Source of the DNA: Eledone cirrhosa
Lineage: Eukaryota
Assembly (NCBI GenBank): GCA_964016885.1
Contig: OZ024743.1
Location: 54,126,001 to 54,190,000, forward strand
Direction: 5' to 3'
DNA: 64,000 nucleotides
Every line of letters begins with the position of its first letter. Position 1 is the first letter of the stretch. The notes under the pieces are model-generated. The model had not been told where the DNA came from. It did not search any database and saw only the letters and a list, made by a program, of their open reading frames with translations. The position numbers and the translations under genes were made by a program. This document shows, one piece after another, positions 27,020 to 40,708 of this stretch.

Positions 27020-27314
27020 TAGTATTAAGGATACTATTTATGGTTATGCAAATACAAAAACCTTTTGTAGTTATATATATTTTTACAAACCCTAAATAGT
27101 GATAGGCAGTAATATATTATTACCTTATTACCAGTAAGTTAAATAGCTCAATGTACTAACATCAGATGTTTTACAGAGCAGTTATATATAAGTTATAAGA
27201 ATCAAAGTTCTGATCAAATCATTTATATGCTTACAATTGTTTCCTCCAAACCGAGGTTTGGAGGAAACAATTGTAAGCATATAAATGATATAATCAGAAC
27301 TTTGATTCTTATAA

Positions 27315-27322
<8 letters not shown>
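27020..27322. mobile_element. Penelope pLTR-like cassette with palindrome centred in the HHR stem II (family of 40620-40980)
   Basis: 27185-27320 is a palindrome centred at ~27252 and contains GAAAC AAUU GUA AGCA. 27110-27180 is inverted-similar to 40860-40935. Confidence 0.7.
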
Positions 27323-27413
<91 letters not shown>

Positions 27414-27414
27414 A

Positions 27415-27552
27415 TAATTGTTTCTACTTTTGGCACAAGGCCAGCAATTATCCCAGTGTATTACTGGTACTTTATTTTATCGACCCCTAGAGGATGAAAG
27501 GCAAAGTTAACCTCGGCGGGTTTTGAACTCAGTCCGTAAAGGGACGTAACTG
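27415..27552 (-). mobile_element. Nin-domain SINE (5'-truncated)
   Basis: Matches the 2826-3016 consensus. Confidence 0.85.
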
Positions 27553-27669
27553 TATAGTAATAATAATAATAAATTTGAAGACTAAAATCCAAAGAGGGCT
27601 CGATAAGGATAAATATATATCAAATATATAAGAACCGTAGAGCAAATATTTATTAAAATAACAGATTAA

Positions 27670-27720
27670 AGTTTAAGCAAAGAATCGCTGCTTTCACCCT
27701 TAACGGGATCTTCTGAAACT
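27670..27720 (-). ncRNA. Hammerhead-like motif, U4A core variant
   Basis: AGUUU-CAGAAGA-UCCC GUUAA GGGU-GAAA GCAG CGAUUCU UUGC UU-AAACU. Confidence 0.65.
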
Positions 27721-27885
27721 AACAAAGTCAATCTGTAAACGCAGAAGTGGATATTTCAAAAAACGTTGCAACCGGAAGAAGACAGGAAGACGATACTTTG
27801 GTTCGTGGAAACGTTCCCTGGCAAAGAACGGGAAAAAACGAATATAATACGTCATTAATAGGCGCGTTTACAGATTGACTTTGTT

Positions 27886-27936
27886 AGCTTCAGAAGATCC
27901 CGTTAAGGGTGAAAGCAGCGATTCTTTGCTTAAACT
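27886..27936 (+). ncRNA. Hammerhead-like motif, U4A core variant
   Basis: Same motif on the + strand with one stem I mismatch. Confidence 0.6.
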
Positions 27937-27953
27937 TTAATCTGTTATTTTAA

Positions 27954-27991
<38 letters not shown>

Positions 27992-28030
27992 TGGTTACAC
28001 AACAGTTAGTTCACCATACCGATAAAGTTT

Positions 28031-28070
28031 CCGAGCTGAGGATCCGCTAAGGTGAAACAATTGTTCTCGG
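28031..28070 (+). ncRNA. Minimal type I hammerhead ribozyme
   Basis: CCGAG-CUGAGGA-UCC GCUAA GGU-GAAAC AAUU GUU-CUCGG, inside a TA-flanked fold-back 27990-28168. The family 3' end recurs at 60392-60464. Confidence 0.82.
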
Positions 28071-28298
28071 TATGGTGAACTAACTCTTGTGTAACCACTT
28101 CTACCTAACTCGTCCCATGGACTGAGTGCTCTAGCACTACGGATATTACCTTCCAGTGTTCCACCACTATATATATATATATATATATTTATATATACAT
28201 GTGTGTTTGTGTATGTGGGCATAGGTTTGCATATATCATATATTCGTGTGTATATATATACACATCACATACTTTAAATGACACAAAACACAAACACA

Positions 28299-28398
<100 letters not shown>

Positions 28399-28659
28399 AA
28401 AAGAGTCAGGACCCCGATGGCTGAGCTCCGGCCGTTTCGACAGTTAGGTCCGAACTCAGTCATATTTATATATATACTTAAAAGGGATAAAAGGATACAC
28501 GAGAGCAAATAGAAAGAGATGAAATAAAAACACTGACTTGAGAGGTAGCCTTTGACAAAAACTAAATCAACAACGATCAAGAGTTATTTCTATATATCTG
28601 TATAACTGTGGTATACGTGAGAACGAAACAGAAACTCTGAATAAATTCAACTACATATA

Positions 28660-28878
28660 TTGGTTTCTGATTTAGGCACAATGCCAACAATTTTTGGGAA
28701 GGGGAAAGTCGATTAAATCTACCTAGTACATTACTGGTACTTTATTTTATCGATCCCGCCAGGATGAAAGACAAAGTTAACCTGGACAGGATTTGAACTC
28801 AGATCGGAAAGGGTTGTAGCTCTATGCCATAAAGCATGTTGCCCGTTCTCCACCGATACTGCCAACCACCGCCCTTAA
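28660..28878 (-). mobile_element. Nin-domain SINE (diverged)
   Basis: B-box and Nin core on the minus strand. Confidence 0.75.
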
Positions 28879-29358
28879 TTCAACTACATATATTGAATCT
28901 ATCTAAGGTGTGTACTGTACCTTCTTTTTTCCTTCATATTTCCTCTCATTCTCCACCATCCCTCTCAACCATTCTCTACATACCCATCTTCAATATAAAT
29001 ATACATGTCGACATTAAGCTGAAAGACATGATTAGTTGTACTACATTTACTGCAACAGTTACTGCATGTAATTACAACACTGTTAGTTCACTGTTCCTCT
29101 TAAATCACTAAATGTCCCCACTTGCATCTCTGCATTTGACAATTAGATATTATTGTGCTTTCTTTCTTTCTTTCGAGTCTTCTGGTTAAAAACTGCTATT
29201 TCGGTATTGGTGACGTCGTGTTAACATTTCAACCATATTTCACTTCAACCACTTCAACCACTTCTCTCACTTCTACTATAAATAATATTACTATTAATAA
29301 TATTTCAAATTTCTGGGCAAATCAATGTTCCTAGTGTTATTGAATGCTTGATCCTTAT

Positions 29359-29442
<84 letters not shown>

Positions 29443-29585
29443 ATACTTTGGGAGGGTCATGTTGCCAATAAGAAACACACGCACCAGTTGCTTTCACTTC
29501 AATTTATTATAAATTTATAAATTTAGGAATTTATAAATTTCCGGCTGGTTGGTTGGTTCCACAACCAGATGGTTGTTTATATATT

Positions 29586-29628
29586 GTCAAAGTTCTTTCG
29601 TCGCACATTCTGTGACCTCTTCAGTGAC
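29586..29628 (-). ncRNA. Minimal type I hammerhead ribozyme
   Basis: GUCA-CUGAAGA-GGUCACA GAA UGUGCGAC-GAAAG AA CUU-UGAC, in a 250-bp cassette (29438-29692) between (TA)n tracts. Confidence 0.78.
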
Positions 29629-29691
29629 TGTGGATTCTTTTCTTCTTTTTTTTTTCTTTTCTTTTTAATCTTGCTAAACAAATTCAGAAAC

Positions 29692-29881
<190 letters not shown>

Positions 29882-32800
29882 TATATATATATGTGTGTGT
29901 GTGTGTGTATATATAAAGGGCAGCAGCAACGAACTCCCTCTGACACTGGTAGCAACAAGGGCGGTGCCAAGCATGGCCTCAGCCGGATGACTGGAACAGG
30001 TAAAAGAGTATATATATTATTCAAGAGACCAGCTACATATATCTTTACTTACATTGAAAAGCTGTGATTCAGCCATCTAATTTAGGGTGGTAAGATTTGT
30101 TATAGTTATTTAGCTTAATGGTTCAAAGTGCATAGACGGTATAGGGAAGATACGGGTTTCATTCCTTGTACCTGCAAAAGGTAACTTCTTTTCCCGTCTT
30201 CACCCTATTTTATAAGCTATTTCATAGCATCTCTGCACATGAGTACACCGCTCTTTATATCAACTTTCTCCCTTTATCGCTTAGTAAAAGTTCGAGAGAT
30301 CGGCTATATATATATATATGTCGTTTTTATTCATTTACCATAGCAAAATTGTGAGTTTTCATGTTTAAATGTTTTCTTTGATAGTACCTTCACCAGCTCA
30401 CACCGCGCAGACACAGTAGGATGATCTGGTAGACATATTGTACAATAGTGACCATTACTATAGATCAATATTTTTTATTTGGTCAAAAATACTGGGAAGA
30501 AAGACATATCATTTAAAGTAAACGTGAAAATTGATGCTATACAAAATGTTACGTGTATTTCAAGCTTTCAAATGTATTTCAGGTTTTACCGCTGTCTAAA
30601 AAAATATTTTGGCTAAACCAAATGTCATTACTTCTAGAGTCAAACGTGATTATCTTCTCAGGCAATGCAGTCTCGAGATACCATGCTAGATGCACCCCCA
30701 GTAGTGGAGGTTTATGTCGTGTGGAGGAGCTATGAAGAGCGATGAACAAGAGGCAGCCTCTGTTGCAGTGTTCCAGGCATAGTCTAAAGTCCCTGTGGTT
30801 GGAATAGCTACAGCGATCTTCTTTCGTTTATTCTTCACTGTTATAAATTGATTTCCTCTGTTGTCTGCATGCTTAATGGCTTCGTAGACTGTGTGATGCT
30901 CTAAGTACAGTGAAACTCAGCTTGCTTTTCGCAGTTGTCTTGAGAGATATTGCCAACCGAACATAATTATGGATAACAGGTAACAGAACTAACGAAGGAA
31001 ACTCTACAAAGTTGTTCGAACTGTTAGAACATTATGGATATCTGATAAAGGTACGAAATAACGAAGGAGACCACACGGTCGTTGGTCCTGTTAGAAAGAG
31101 TCAGACACCAGCTATTCTCAAGTGACAACATTCTATCTTATGACAAATAGGTTTTCTTAATTAGAGTTGACCTGCAGCTATAACAGAGAACTGAAAACTC
31201 TTAAGAGGTTCATGTATCATTAAGGTGTCATATACGATGACGCTTCACAATGAGTGAATGAAAGAGCCTCTACAGAGTCACTGGATCTGCTAGAAATATC
31301 AGCCAACTCTCCTTCAAATAATACTCTATTAACTTTAAACAAGTAAAAGTGCCGATCGTAAGATCGGACCGAGGAAACAATGTTTACATTCTTCTTTGCA
31401 TTGCTGGCACTATTTTCCGGATGCAACTGCTGGCAGAAGGAGCAATGTAAAATAAAGTATTTTGCTCGGGAACAAAACACACCACCTTATTCAAAAATGG
31501 AACCCACGAACAAATTATCGTGAATCTAACAGCCTAACAACTTGACCATATGCTTCCACTATTATATAAAGAAAAAGAAATAATACATTGAACAAGGTAA
31601 TCCTAAATATACTGACTGGAAATAAGATGTGGATAGCCACTAGTGGAATGCATTTATTAAAAGCCTACTTTCCTGTGGCTAGTCTGGTGCAACGGCAATG
31701 ACGAAATACCACAACCAGAATCATCAAGGCTCCTTCGTAATATTTTAATAAAACGTTTCAATATTGTCCAGAACGCAATAGTTATTACTTCATTCATATA
31801 ACTTTCTGTAATTGTTTACCAGCAAATATCTAAAATTAAGTTTGTTAAGTCAAATGTTTATAGTATCTTGTGGAAATTTGCAATGAATTCTGTCTCTTCC
31901 TTAACAGTTGAAACATATTGGTTTATAGCATGTTGTGTCCTGAGTCTCCCAATTTTATAGCATCTCGTGTGCACTGGAGTGAATAGTGTCAACTTTAATA
32001 CACCGAAACTATAAAGATTTCCAGGCGCTGACTGAAGAGAAGGGGCTGTTAGTGCTTCCTAATTTGTATATTATGTTGATCACTGACAATACGGTCTGCA
32101 GTTTACCAGTCTCTGGTTCTATGTTAGAAAGGAAAGTTTTTTTTTCATTTTGGTATTTGGATAGTATATTCTAACAAGAGGATTTGGTTAGAATCAATGG
32201 ATCTTGTATTTTACTTCATGGGGTTTTAATGATAAGTTTATCCATTCTATAACTAGGTTCTTGTAGTATACGAAATGTGTAATTTGTGTACTTTTCTTTT
32301 CGTGATGCTTCTACTGTATCAGTGTGATTAATCTGTATAGTTAACAACATATAAGTAGGCCATGGCACAGAACAATATATAATGCTGTCATAGAGCTGTT
32401 TTTTCTATTTCTTTTCAAGAATGTCTTGTTGATGTAATATGTGGCACAGGATGGTGAAAGTTGAGCTTAGTCTGTCTGAAATATCAGCAGCCCTATCTAC
32501 TACTCTGAGCTCTGTCAATAGTAACCCAATGCAGGATAAAGCCAACAACATTGAAGTGCTGTTTTATAGTTAACTTTGATTTTAAGAAAAGGATTATTCT
32601 CAGAAATAGATCACAAATTGTCTGAGTGTGTGTGAGTGTGTGTGAGTACACGAACATGTGTATGAGTACATATGTATACATATGTTCCCGTATGTGATTT
32701 AATAATCAGGAAATCCCTGAATGAAACAGCACCAGTCTTGAAGACATCACTTCTACTTGAAATATTAATGTATTGAGTAACTTACTTTATTCTCTTCCCG

Positions 32801-32908
32801 TTATTTCACAGAAGACCATTGCCCCCTCCCTCTCTCTCTGTCCCTATGGGGAAAAATATACTTGGTTATAAATAGTGATATTTCCTGTGTCCAGACTTTA
32901 GGATGACA

Positions 32909-32963
<55 letters not shown>

Positions 32964-33049
32964 CATATGTATGTTTATTGGTGAGATTATAGGAAATATA
33001 TATATATATACATATATGTGCTTGAAATATATATATATATATATATATA

Positions 33050-33232
33050 TAATTGTTTCTACATTTGGCACAAGGCCAGCAATTACCCAGTACATTACTG
33101 GTACTTTATTTTATCGACCTCTTAATGATGAAAGGCAAAGTTAACCTCGGCGGGATTTGAACTCAGACCGTAAAGGGACGTAACTATGCTGGAAAACATG
33201 GCGTCCGACTCTCTACCAATACTGCCAATCCA
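33050..33232 (-). mobile_element. Nin-domain SINE
   Basis: Full match to the family consensus. Confidence 0.88.
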
Positions 33233-33422
33233 ATGTGTGTTGGTTACATCTGGTACAACTTCATATTACTGTGAGAGGATGACTGGCCTGAAGGCTTAAT
33301 AACAACAAAGGCTATCCAGTCACTTGGTATTGGTGGGAGATTGACCTCCCTTGCGGGGCAAGCACATGATGAGCAGATTGCATTCCCCCGGAAGTTTAAT
33401 GATTTACAGCATGGCGCTTTCT

Positions 33423-33499
<77 letters not shown>

Positions 33500-35299
33500 T
33501 ATGATAGAGGCGGAGGTTGGTGTTTAGTAAGAAGTATAAAAGTTTCTGAAAGTGAAGTCAGTTAACGAGTAGGAAAAATGGGAGAGAGAATGATTGAGAA
33601 AGGAAATTGATGAAATAGTAAAATATACACAGGAGAATAAGAGGAAGACATAGTAAAGAAAAAATAGATAAGATAGGGTAAGAGAGGCATTGAGAGGGGT
33701 GGAGACAGGAAAGAACGTTAAGATAAAATATATCATTTTAACGACTTTTCGAAAGGATTTGTGTATGCATGTCTATACGTGTGTGTACGCCTGTATGTGT
33801 ACGAGTCCATATGTATATATATATAATCATGTATGTGTACGTGCGTGTATGTATGCCTGTCTACATCGATGTATTTGTAAGAGTATGTATATAAATTAGT
33901 ATGTGTGCTGGTGTGTATGTCAGTCAGTACATTCATGTATGTGTTCCTGTGTTTATGTATCTCCATCAGTACTTCAATCTATGGGAACTGTGTTTCTGTA
34001 TGTCTATATGTGTGTCGGTATGTATCCATATCTGCTCCAGTGTGTATGTATGTTTGTGCGTGTGTGCGAGCCATTGTCTATGTGTTAACGTAGTGTGTAT
34101 GTGTATAGGGAAGCGGTAGTACAAACATTGAAAGAAAAAAATCGGGAGAATCTTGATCTACAGCGAACGTATCCGATTCGTGATGAGAGATCTTGTCCGG
34201 TAAACATACATCGTTAACGTTTTAAACTCACTCGACGCCATTTTATTTTTTCGCCAGAAAGTAAAATTTATGTATCTCTATTTCATCACATATATATGTA
34301 TATATTTCAGTCTGCGTATATGTATATGTTAGTATGTTTCTCTGTATTCGTATATTTCTGTGTGTATGTGCATGTCTTTCTGTGTATGTATATGCACGCG
34401 TGTTGATGTCTTTATTTCCACCCACTCTCGAACAAACACGCACACATACATCGGCCATTTTCTTTTAGATGTGTTGACAGTCATGAAAGATACGTAACTA
34501 CAAGATGGCTACACGCAGACAAAAATCACATATACATAAACACACACATACACACTTAAACGCAAGCAAACACGCACTAAAGTTTTCTCACTTATGCAAA
34601 CACACACACAAACAAACACACAGTGACGCTTTATCTTTTATACAAACGCACACTGAGACTCTCTCACACAAACACACGTTCTCACATACACGTAAAGACA
34701 CTTATTCACTCTCACAAAAAAAAAGAAAAAGACATTAATACACCCGCACACACTTTTTCTGTGTCACATATATATGCCTCTCATTCTATCTGTCTCACTC
34801 TCTCACAAACACGTGGATACATACACACTCATACACGTAAACACGTACACACTCTCACGTACGTATATACTGTATAGTCATCCTTTCTCATATTACACGT
34901 AACCCTTCATTTTATATACAAAATTCTTTATTTAAAAGACGAAGAAATAGCGAGTTGACAGTAAATGAAAAAACAAAACAAAAAAAAAACATGATATCCT
35001 GCCATCATATAAACAACATTTCAATTAATCGTCTGCTTTTGAGGTCAACAGAAAGATTAATTTTTTGTTGTGAACAGCAATGAACTTAGTTGCCCTTTCA
35101 TATGTTTCAAGCAGTGATGTTGAGTTTGAGATTCAGTGCCGTCAATGTTCCTTCATATCCATCATTCAATCTATCTATCTAGCTGTCTTATTATCTTTCT
35201 ATATTTATGCCCTGACTGTGCATATTTGTAATACACTCAGCGTATATATATATATGATAATCTGACACCTCGTTCTTACTTATTTCTAATTATATAGGG

Positions 35300-35743
35300 A
35301 AGTTGATTGGCAGAACTGTAGAGCGTCGGACAACATGCTTTGCAGCATAGTTATGGCTACTTACGTTCTGATTTCAAATCCCGCCGAGGTTAGCTTTCCA
35401 TTTCATCATTACAGGGTCGATAAAATAAGCCCCCAGGGTTAGAATTAATCGAATTTCCCCTCCCCCAAATGTGTTGGTTTTGATATATATATAACCATTA
35501 TATATTGTGTTATAATGGAGTTAGTTTTTATGAGATATATTTATTGAAAGAAGGGGGGGTAGATTGGCAGTATCGGTAGAGAGTCGTAAACCATGCTTTG
35601 AAGCATAGAGTTACGCCCCTTTATGACCTGAGTTCAAATCCCGCCGAGGTTAACTTTGCATTTCATCCTTACGGGGTCGATAAAATAAAGTACCAGTAAT
35701 GTACTGGGTATTTGCTGGCCTTATGCCTAAAATAGAAACAATT
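35300..35743 (+). mobile_element. Two tandem Nin-domain SINEs
   Basis: Copies at ~35300-35482 and ~35555-35743. Confidence 0.85.
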
Positions 35744-36018
35744 ATATATATATATATAATAGAGAGAGAGAGAGAGAGAGACTACTGCCAAATTTCTCAG
35801 GGTCATACAGGGGCTGGTCGTCATGAAAAAAAATCTTTTTCGGGGAAATTATTGGATTTTTCCAAATTAAAAGGTTTCTTAGGAACTTTAAATATTTATT
35901 TTAGGTATTGCCGTCTGAAGAGCTCAGGCTATCATAACTGATAGTCCTCAGTGAAATATGTATAACGGTGTTTTAAATAAACCTGACTCAACTGAATATG
36001 GCCTCCGATCTTTTATTA

Positions 36019-36049
<31 letters not shown>

Positions 36050-36252
36050 CAATATTAAAGTATCAAAACATATTTATGTATGAAACCGTGTTTCTCCTTC
36101 AATAATCACATTTAACTGGCATCTCTTGGTCAAAGGAACAGTACTGTCAGGGAATTTAGCTTTTTCCATCTTAAGTATATATTTTTTTTCTTGAATGTTA
36201 TTTGTATTATATATATGTACAAAATAATGTGCTTCTGAAATGATATATGAGT

Positions 36253-36298
<46 letters not shown>

Positions 36299-36778
36299 GG
36301 ATAATCGAGAATCGGAATATCAGCCCACGAAATCACGATAAACAATATCTGACATGTGTGGCAGAGGGCTCAATAATTTGGATAAATCAGAGCTATAACT
36401 ATCGTTAAAATACCAACACATAGAGATTATGCTTAAAATCACCCGTGCAGCCGAAAAAGAACGACCAGGAAGATTCGGGTCACTCAAATAAAATATCAAT
36501 AAATTAATAAATTAAATGAATGTAAAAAACTCACCATATATATATATATATATATATATATGGGATAACAAGTTATCGTTATAGGTAATCCAGTTAGAAG
36601 TTGTGAGTACTCTGCGTCGTGGATAGTTTTAACATACGGCTTTGTTTGACTCAACAAGATGTTCCCATAGTTATGCAGCGAGTTCGCGGTAATTCCTATG
36701 CAGGTTATACTTGGAGTAATAATAGTGAAAGAATGAAGAGTACCATGGTTGGCTGTACAACAAGGGGTTTTATTTCAG

Positions 36779-36889
36779 GTATTGACAATTGTTTCATTGA
36801 TCAGGTGAGTCTAGAGGTCGCTAATCGCTTGAAGTTGCGTCACTCGATCTCCATTACACTATTTACCTCTGATCAATACATCAGAATAC
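36779..36889 (-). ncRNA. Hammerhead variant (A9U) with 64-nt stem II insert
   Basis: GUAUU-CUGAUGU-AUUGAUCAG...CUGAUCAAU-GAAAC AAUU GUC-AAUAC. Confidence 0.72.
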
Positions 36890-36974
36890 GTAGATATAAA
36901 ATAATTCACTCGAGGCAAGATATATATATATAGAAGAGTATATCTTGCCTCGAGTGAATTATTTTTACATCTAC

Positions 36975-37085
36975 GTATTCTGATGTGTTGATCAGAGGTA
37001 AATAATGTAATGGAGATCGAGTGACGCAACTTCAAGCGATGAGCGACCTCTAGACTCACCTGATCAATGAAACAATTGTCAATAC
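36975..37085 (+). ncRNA. Hammerhead variant (A9U) with 64-nt stem II insert
   Basis: Same motif; the first stem II pair is G-U instead of A-U. Confidence 0.72.
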
Positions 37086-37135
37086 CTGAAATAAAGCCCC
37101 TTGTTGTACAGCCAACCATGTTACTCTTCATTTTT

Positions 37136-37184
<49 letters not shown>

Positions 37185-37188
<4 letters not shown>

Positions 37189-37370
37189 GTTTCTACTTTT
37201 GGCTTAAGCCCAGCAATTATCCCAGTGTATTACTGGTACTTTATTTTATCGACCTCGTAAGGATGAAAGGCAAAGTTAACCTCGGCGGGATTTGAGCTCA
37301 GACCATAAAGGGCCCTATCTCTTTGCTGCAAAGCATGGCGTCCGACCCTCTACCGGTACTGCCAATCCAC
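37185..37370 (-). mobile_element. Nin-domain SINE
   Basis: Matches the family consensus. Confidence 0.88.
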
Positions 37371-37884
37371 TCAATATATGTGAACAGAGTGAGGAATATA
37401 TTTTCGAGAAAAAAGCAATTTGCTGAAACTTTGAAATACTACTCCCACCTGATTTTTTTTTTTTTTAAATGTCCCACTTTCTTCCACGTTTATTGAGTAC
37501 TCATTTAGTTAATGCGTAACCGTTTATGCACACTATTATTTAAACAACCGCTTCAATATATATATATATAGATATAATAGTTCAGCCGATTTGACACAAT
37601 ATGATATTTATCTTGTTTAACAGATTCCGAACAAAATCAGTACAGAGGAATAAATGGAATTTCTTACAGTATTAATAGAAACATTCATAAATCAATTAAA
37701 TAATGTAATGGCGATGGTACACTATATTGTTTAGTCGGATGGGTAGTCTGAAGAGCAGGTCGATAATGGAGCCGGGTCCATAACTTGTATGGGTGACACT
37801 GAACAAATTCTCTGCGAAACGCGCGTAATAAAATTATACACAATGACAATCTAAATACATGTAAACGAACCTTCATCGTTTTTA

Positions 37885-37945
<61 letters not shown>

Positions 37946-38213
37946 TATAAATTATGTCCATAGAATCATTTGATAAGATATATACTCCATTTCCTCTCCC
38001 AATTAGCATAATCAACCACACAAAAAACAATTAAACCAGGCTATAAGATTAAAAGGCACCTATGAAGAAATAATAGATAAGTAAACGACAGCCATCTATT
38101 CGCGATCAACCGCTATAGAATATTTACCCAGCATTTCAATAGCACGTGGAAATCGATTAAATATATCGTCAACCATACACAATTAGGTATAAAATTAAAG
38201 TTAGAAGAAAAAA

Positions 38214-38262
<49 letters not shown>

Positions 38263-38512
38263 GAGAGGTATAGAGATTGTTTTAGCAAGAAGCTAACGGC
38301 ATTCTATAACATATATGCGACTATAACGTCAAGATGGGAAAAGTAGTTAACGAAAGATTTAGGAAAAATAACTCAAACTCATCTCAAAAGAGAATCAGGA
38401 TATAAATTCATCCACAGAATTTAGTAAAATCCAGGGAAAAATCTATAGACCTTTAACTCATGATAAAATAAAGTTTGAAACACTTATCCTTCAATTTGGA
38501 ATAACATCAAAT

Positions 38513-38594
38513 GCTCTGTATAGTCTTAAAAGACTATTTCATGAAAACTTTCAGTGGAGATGGTCACGGTTGGAATTTCATTCATCAGCAGAGC
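38513..38594 (-). ncRNA. Canonical type I hammerhead ribozyme
   Basis: GCUCUG-CUGAUGA-AUGAAA..(29 nt)..UUUCAU-GAAA UAGUCU UUUA AGACUA UA-CAGAGC. All core nucleotides and three stems are intact, inside a cassette 38258-38880 between (TA)n tracts. Confidence 0.93.
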
Positions 38595-38878
38595 TCAACA
38601 GAAACCAGGGCTCTCACAGTAATATAATCCGAAAAAGGGAATTCTAAAACTGGCTAGTTCGCCTTCATGTGTATTTATGAAAAAGCACATGAGGAAAAAA
38701 CGGGGCTAGTGACGTCAGGATGGAAGTGAATGTTTATTTACAAGAAATAGCAGTCAAATACATTCTGAAAAAAAACTCTACAAAGGAGTTCAGCAAAATA
38801 GCAATAATTATCACAGTTTTTATGAAAAAAACCGGGATTAGTCACAGATAGTTTAAGCACTCTAGGAAAAGAATCCGA

Positions 38879-38916
<38 letters not shown>

Positions 38917-39001
38917 AAAAATTGAACAGGGACAGAACAGAGAGGCAGTACGACAAATGTTTATTAGATTCACGCTCAGGAGAGTGGGGGAGTAGGTGGA
39001 G

Positions 39002-39036
39002 GACGACGTTTCGGGCATAAGCCCTTCTTCAGGTAA
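39002..39036 (-). ncRNA. Hammerhead-like core with degenerate stem I
   Basis: CUGAAGA-AGGGC UUAU GCCC-GAAAC GUC GUC. Stem I pairing is not evident. Lies ~90 nt from a (TA)n tract. Confidence 0.55.
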
Positions 39037-39871
39037 GAGTTCAAAAGGTGTGTAGGGGAGTGGTGGAGAGACATATAGCGAAAGGAAACGGTGCGAATGA
39101 AAAATTAACAAATAAAGACAAAAATATAATAAATAATAAATAAAAATAAAGCATGATCAAAATACAAGGAATGAGAACATTTAAAAATAAAGGCATGATC
39201 AAAATAAACTGAAATTAAAAGGGGGGTAAACAGGTGGTGGAAGGGTGTGGGGTGAGTAGAGGTGGAGGCGGGTGGAGTGGGGAGAGGGAGACGGGGTGTC
39301 CGAGCGGGGAGGGCTGAAGGTGGTGTGTGTGGTTAGGTGTGCGTGTGTGTGTGTGTGTGTGTATGTGAAAGTGAGGGTTGGGGGACGAACGGGGTTGCAT
39401 GTTCAGGAAGAGGTGTGTGTGGGGGGTGTTTTTGTGTGTCGGAGGGTCTGTGCGTGTGTGGATAGGGGGTGGGGGGAGAAGAATCAGGGGGCTGAGGGTG
39501 TAAATATGTGGTGGGAAGCACGTGTGTGTGGTTTAAGCGTGTTGTAGGTGTGGGTGGCGTGTGGATAAAAAAAAAATTTGTTTTGGGATGTGTGTGTGGG
39601 TGAGTTATATAGGTGATGGTGTTAGAGGATGGTTGAAAAGTGGTAAGTTACACGGATGTATGGAGATTTTGGTTGGAAGTCAAAACGTGTGTGGGTAATC
39701 CAAGAAGCGGTGGTCGGAAGAGGAGAGATGTGGGGTGCGCGCGCAACAGGAAGTGGTCAGCAGTGGAAGTGCTGTGGTCAGTTGGTGCTGCGACAGTGGT
39801 CGGAAGGGCATAGCAGCAGTCAGCGGAATGGTAGGGAGACGACGATGGGTAGGTGTGAGAGTTGGAGTGAG

Positions 39872-39935
<64 letters not shown>

Positions 39936-40029
39936 TAGTAGGGGTGTTAGTGGGATGAGTGAGTGTGGAGTGGGGAGAGAAGGGTGTGTGTGGTTCTATG
40001 GAGGGAGTGTGGTGTACTGGTGTGTGTGT

Positions 40030-40088
<59 letters not shown>

Positions 40089-40153
40089 AGTGGGTGTGTG
40101 TGTGTGTGTGTATGTGTGCGTGTGCGTGCGTGCGTGTGTGCATGCGCGTGCGC

Positions 40154-40243
<90 letters not shown>

Positions 40244-40245
<2 letters not shown>

Positions 40246-40610
40246 GCGCATGGCTTAGCGGTTAGAGCAGTAGGCTTGCAATCGAAAGGTTGTGAGTTCA
40301 ATTCTCGGACCGGGTGATGTGTTGTTTCCTTGAGCAACACAATTTATTTCACGTTGCTCCAGTTTACTCAGCTGAAAATGAGTACCAGCAATAGCTGGAG
40401 GTTTAACCCTGCGATGGACTGGCGTCCTGTCCAGGAGGGAGTCTTGTACTCTCAGTCGCTAAACGACATGAAACCGGGATAAGCACCGGCCAAATGAGCC
40501 TTCTTGCTTAAGACAGACTTTAGACTTACGGCCTGCCCGCCTAGCCAGTGGATGGCGTCATCGTATGGCTAAAACAGTACGTGCTGTAACAGACTGGTCA
40601 GTCAAGGTGA
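40244..40610 (+). mobile_element. CORE-type tRNA-derived SINE (octopus OR-like)
   Basis: A-box TGGCTTAGCGG, B-box GAGTTCAATTC, CORE-like TCCTTGAGCAACAC...TTGCTCCAGTTTACTCAGCTG..AATGAG. Confidence 0.82.
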
Positions 40611-40660
40611 TATATATATATAAATTACACAATAATCAAAACTATGTTCAAAACATTTTA

Positions 40661-40708
40661 TTGCTGACAATCGTTTCCTCCCAACTTTCGTTTGGTTCAT
40701 CGGAGCAA
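40661..40708 (-). ncRNA. Hammerhead-like motif, U4C core variant
   Basis: UUGCU-CCGAUGA-ACCAA ACGAAAG UUGG GAG-GAAAC GAUU GUC-AGCAA, followed by UAAAA. Confidence 0.65.

Larger units (their letters stand above)
27556..27955. mobile_element. Fold-back HHR cassette (CAGAAGA family)
   Basis: 27653-27742 is inverted at 27864-27953. The same family occurs at 43340-43770. Confidence 0.8.
36562..37140. mobile_element. Fold-back HHR cassette between (TA)n tracts
   Basis: 36722-36925 is inverted at 36938-37140. The family recurs at 60755-61113. Confidence 0.85.

Noticed and set aside
28410-28465. SECIS-like hairpin on the minus strand (AUGA..AA..)
   Set aside because: No 3' GA for the quartet; better explained as the 3' half of an HHR-family cassette.
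30655-31480. Possible host exons (open frames on the minus strand)
   Set aside because: No recognisable domain; the + strand shows faint decayed LINE RT hints (HYG..DK). Too weak to call either way.
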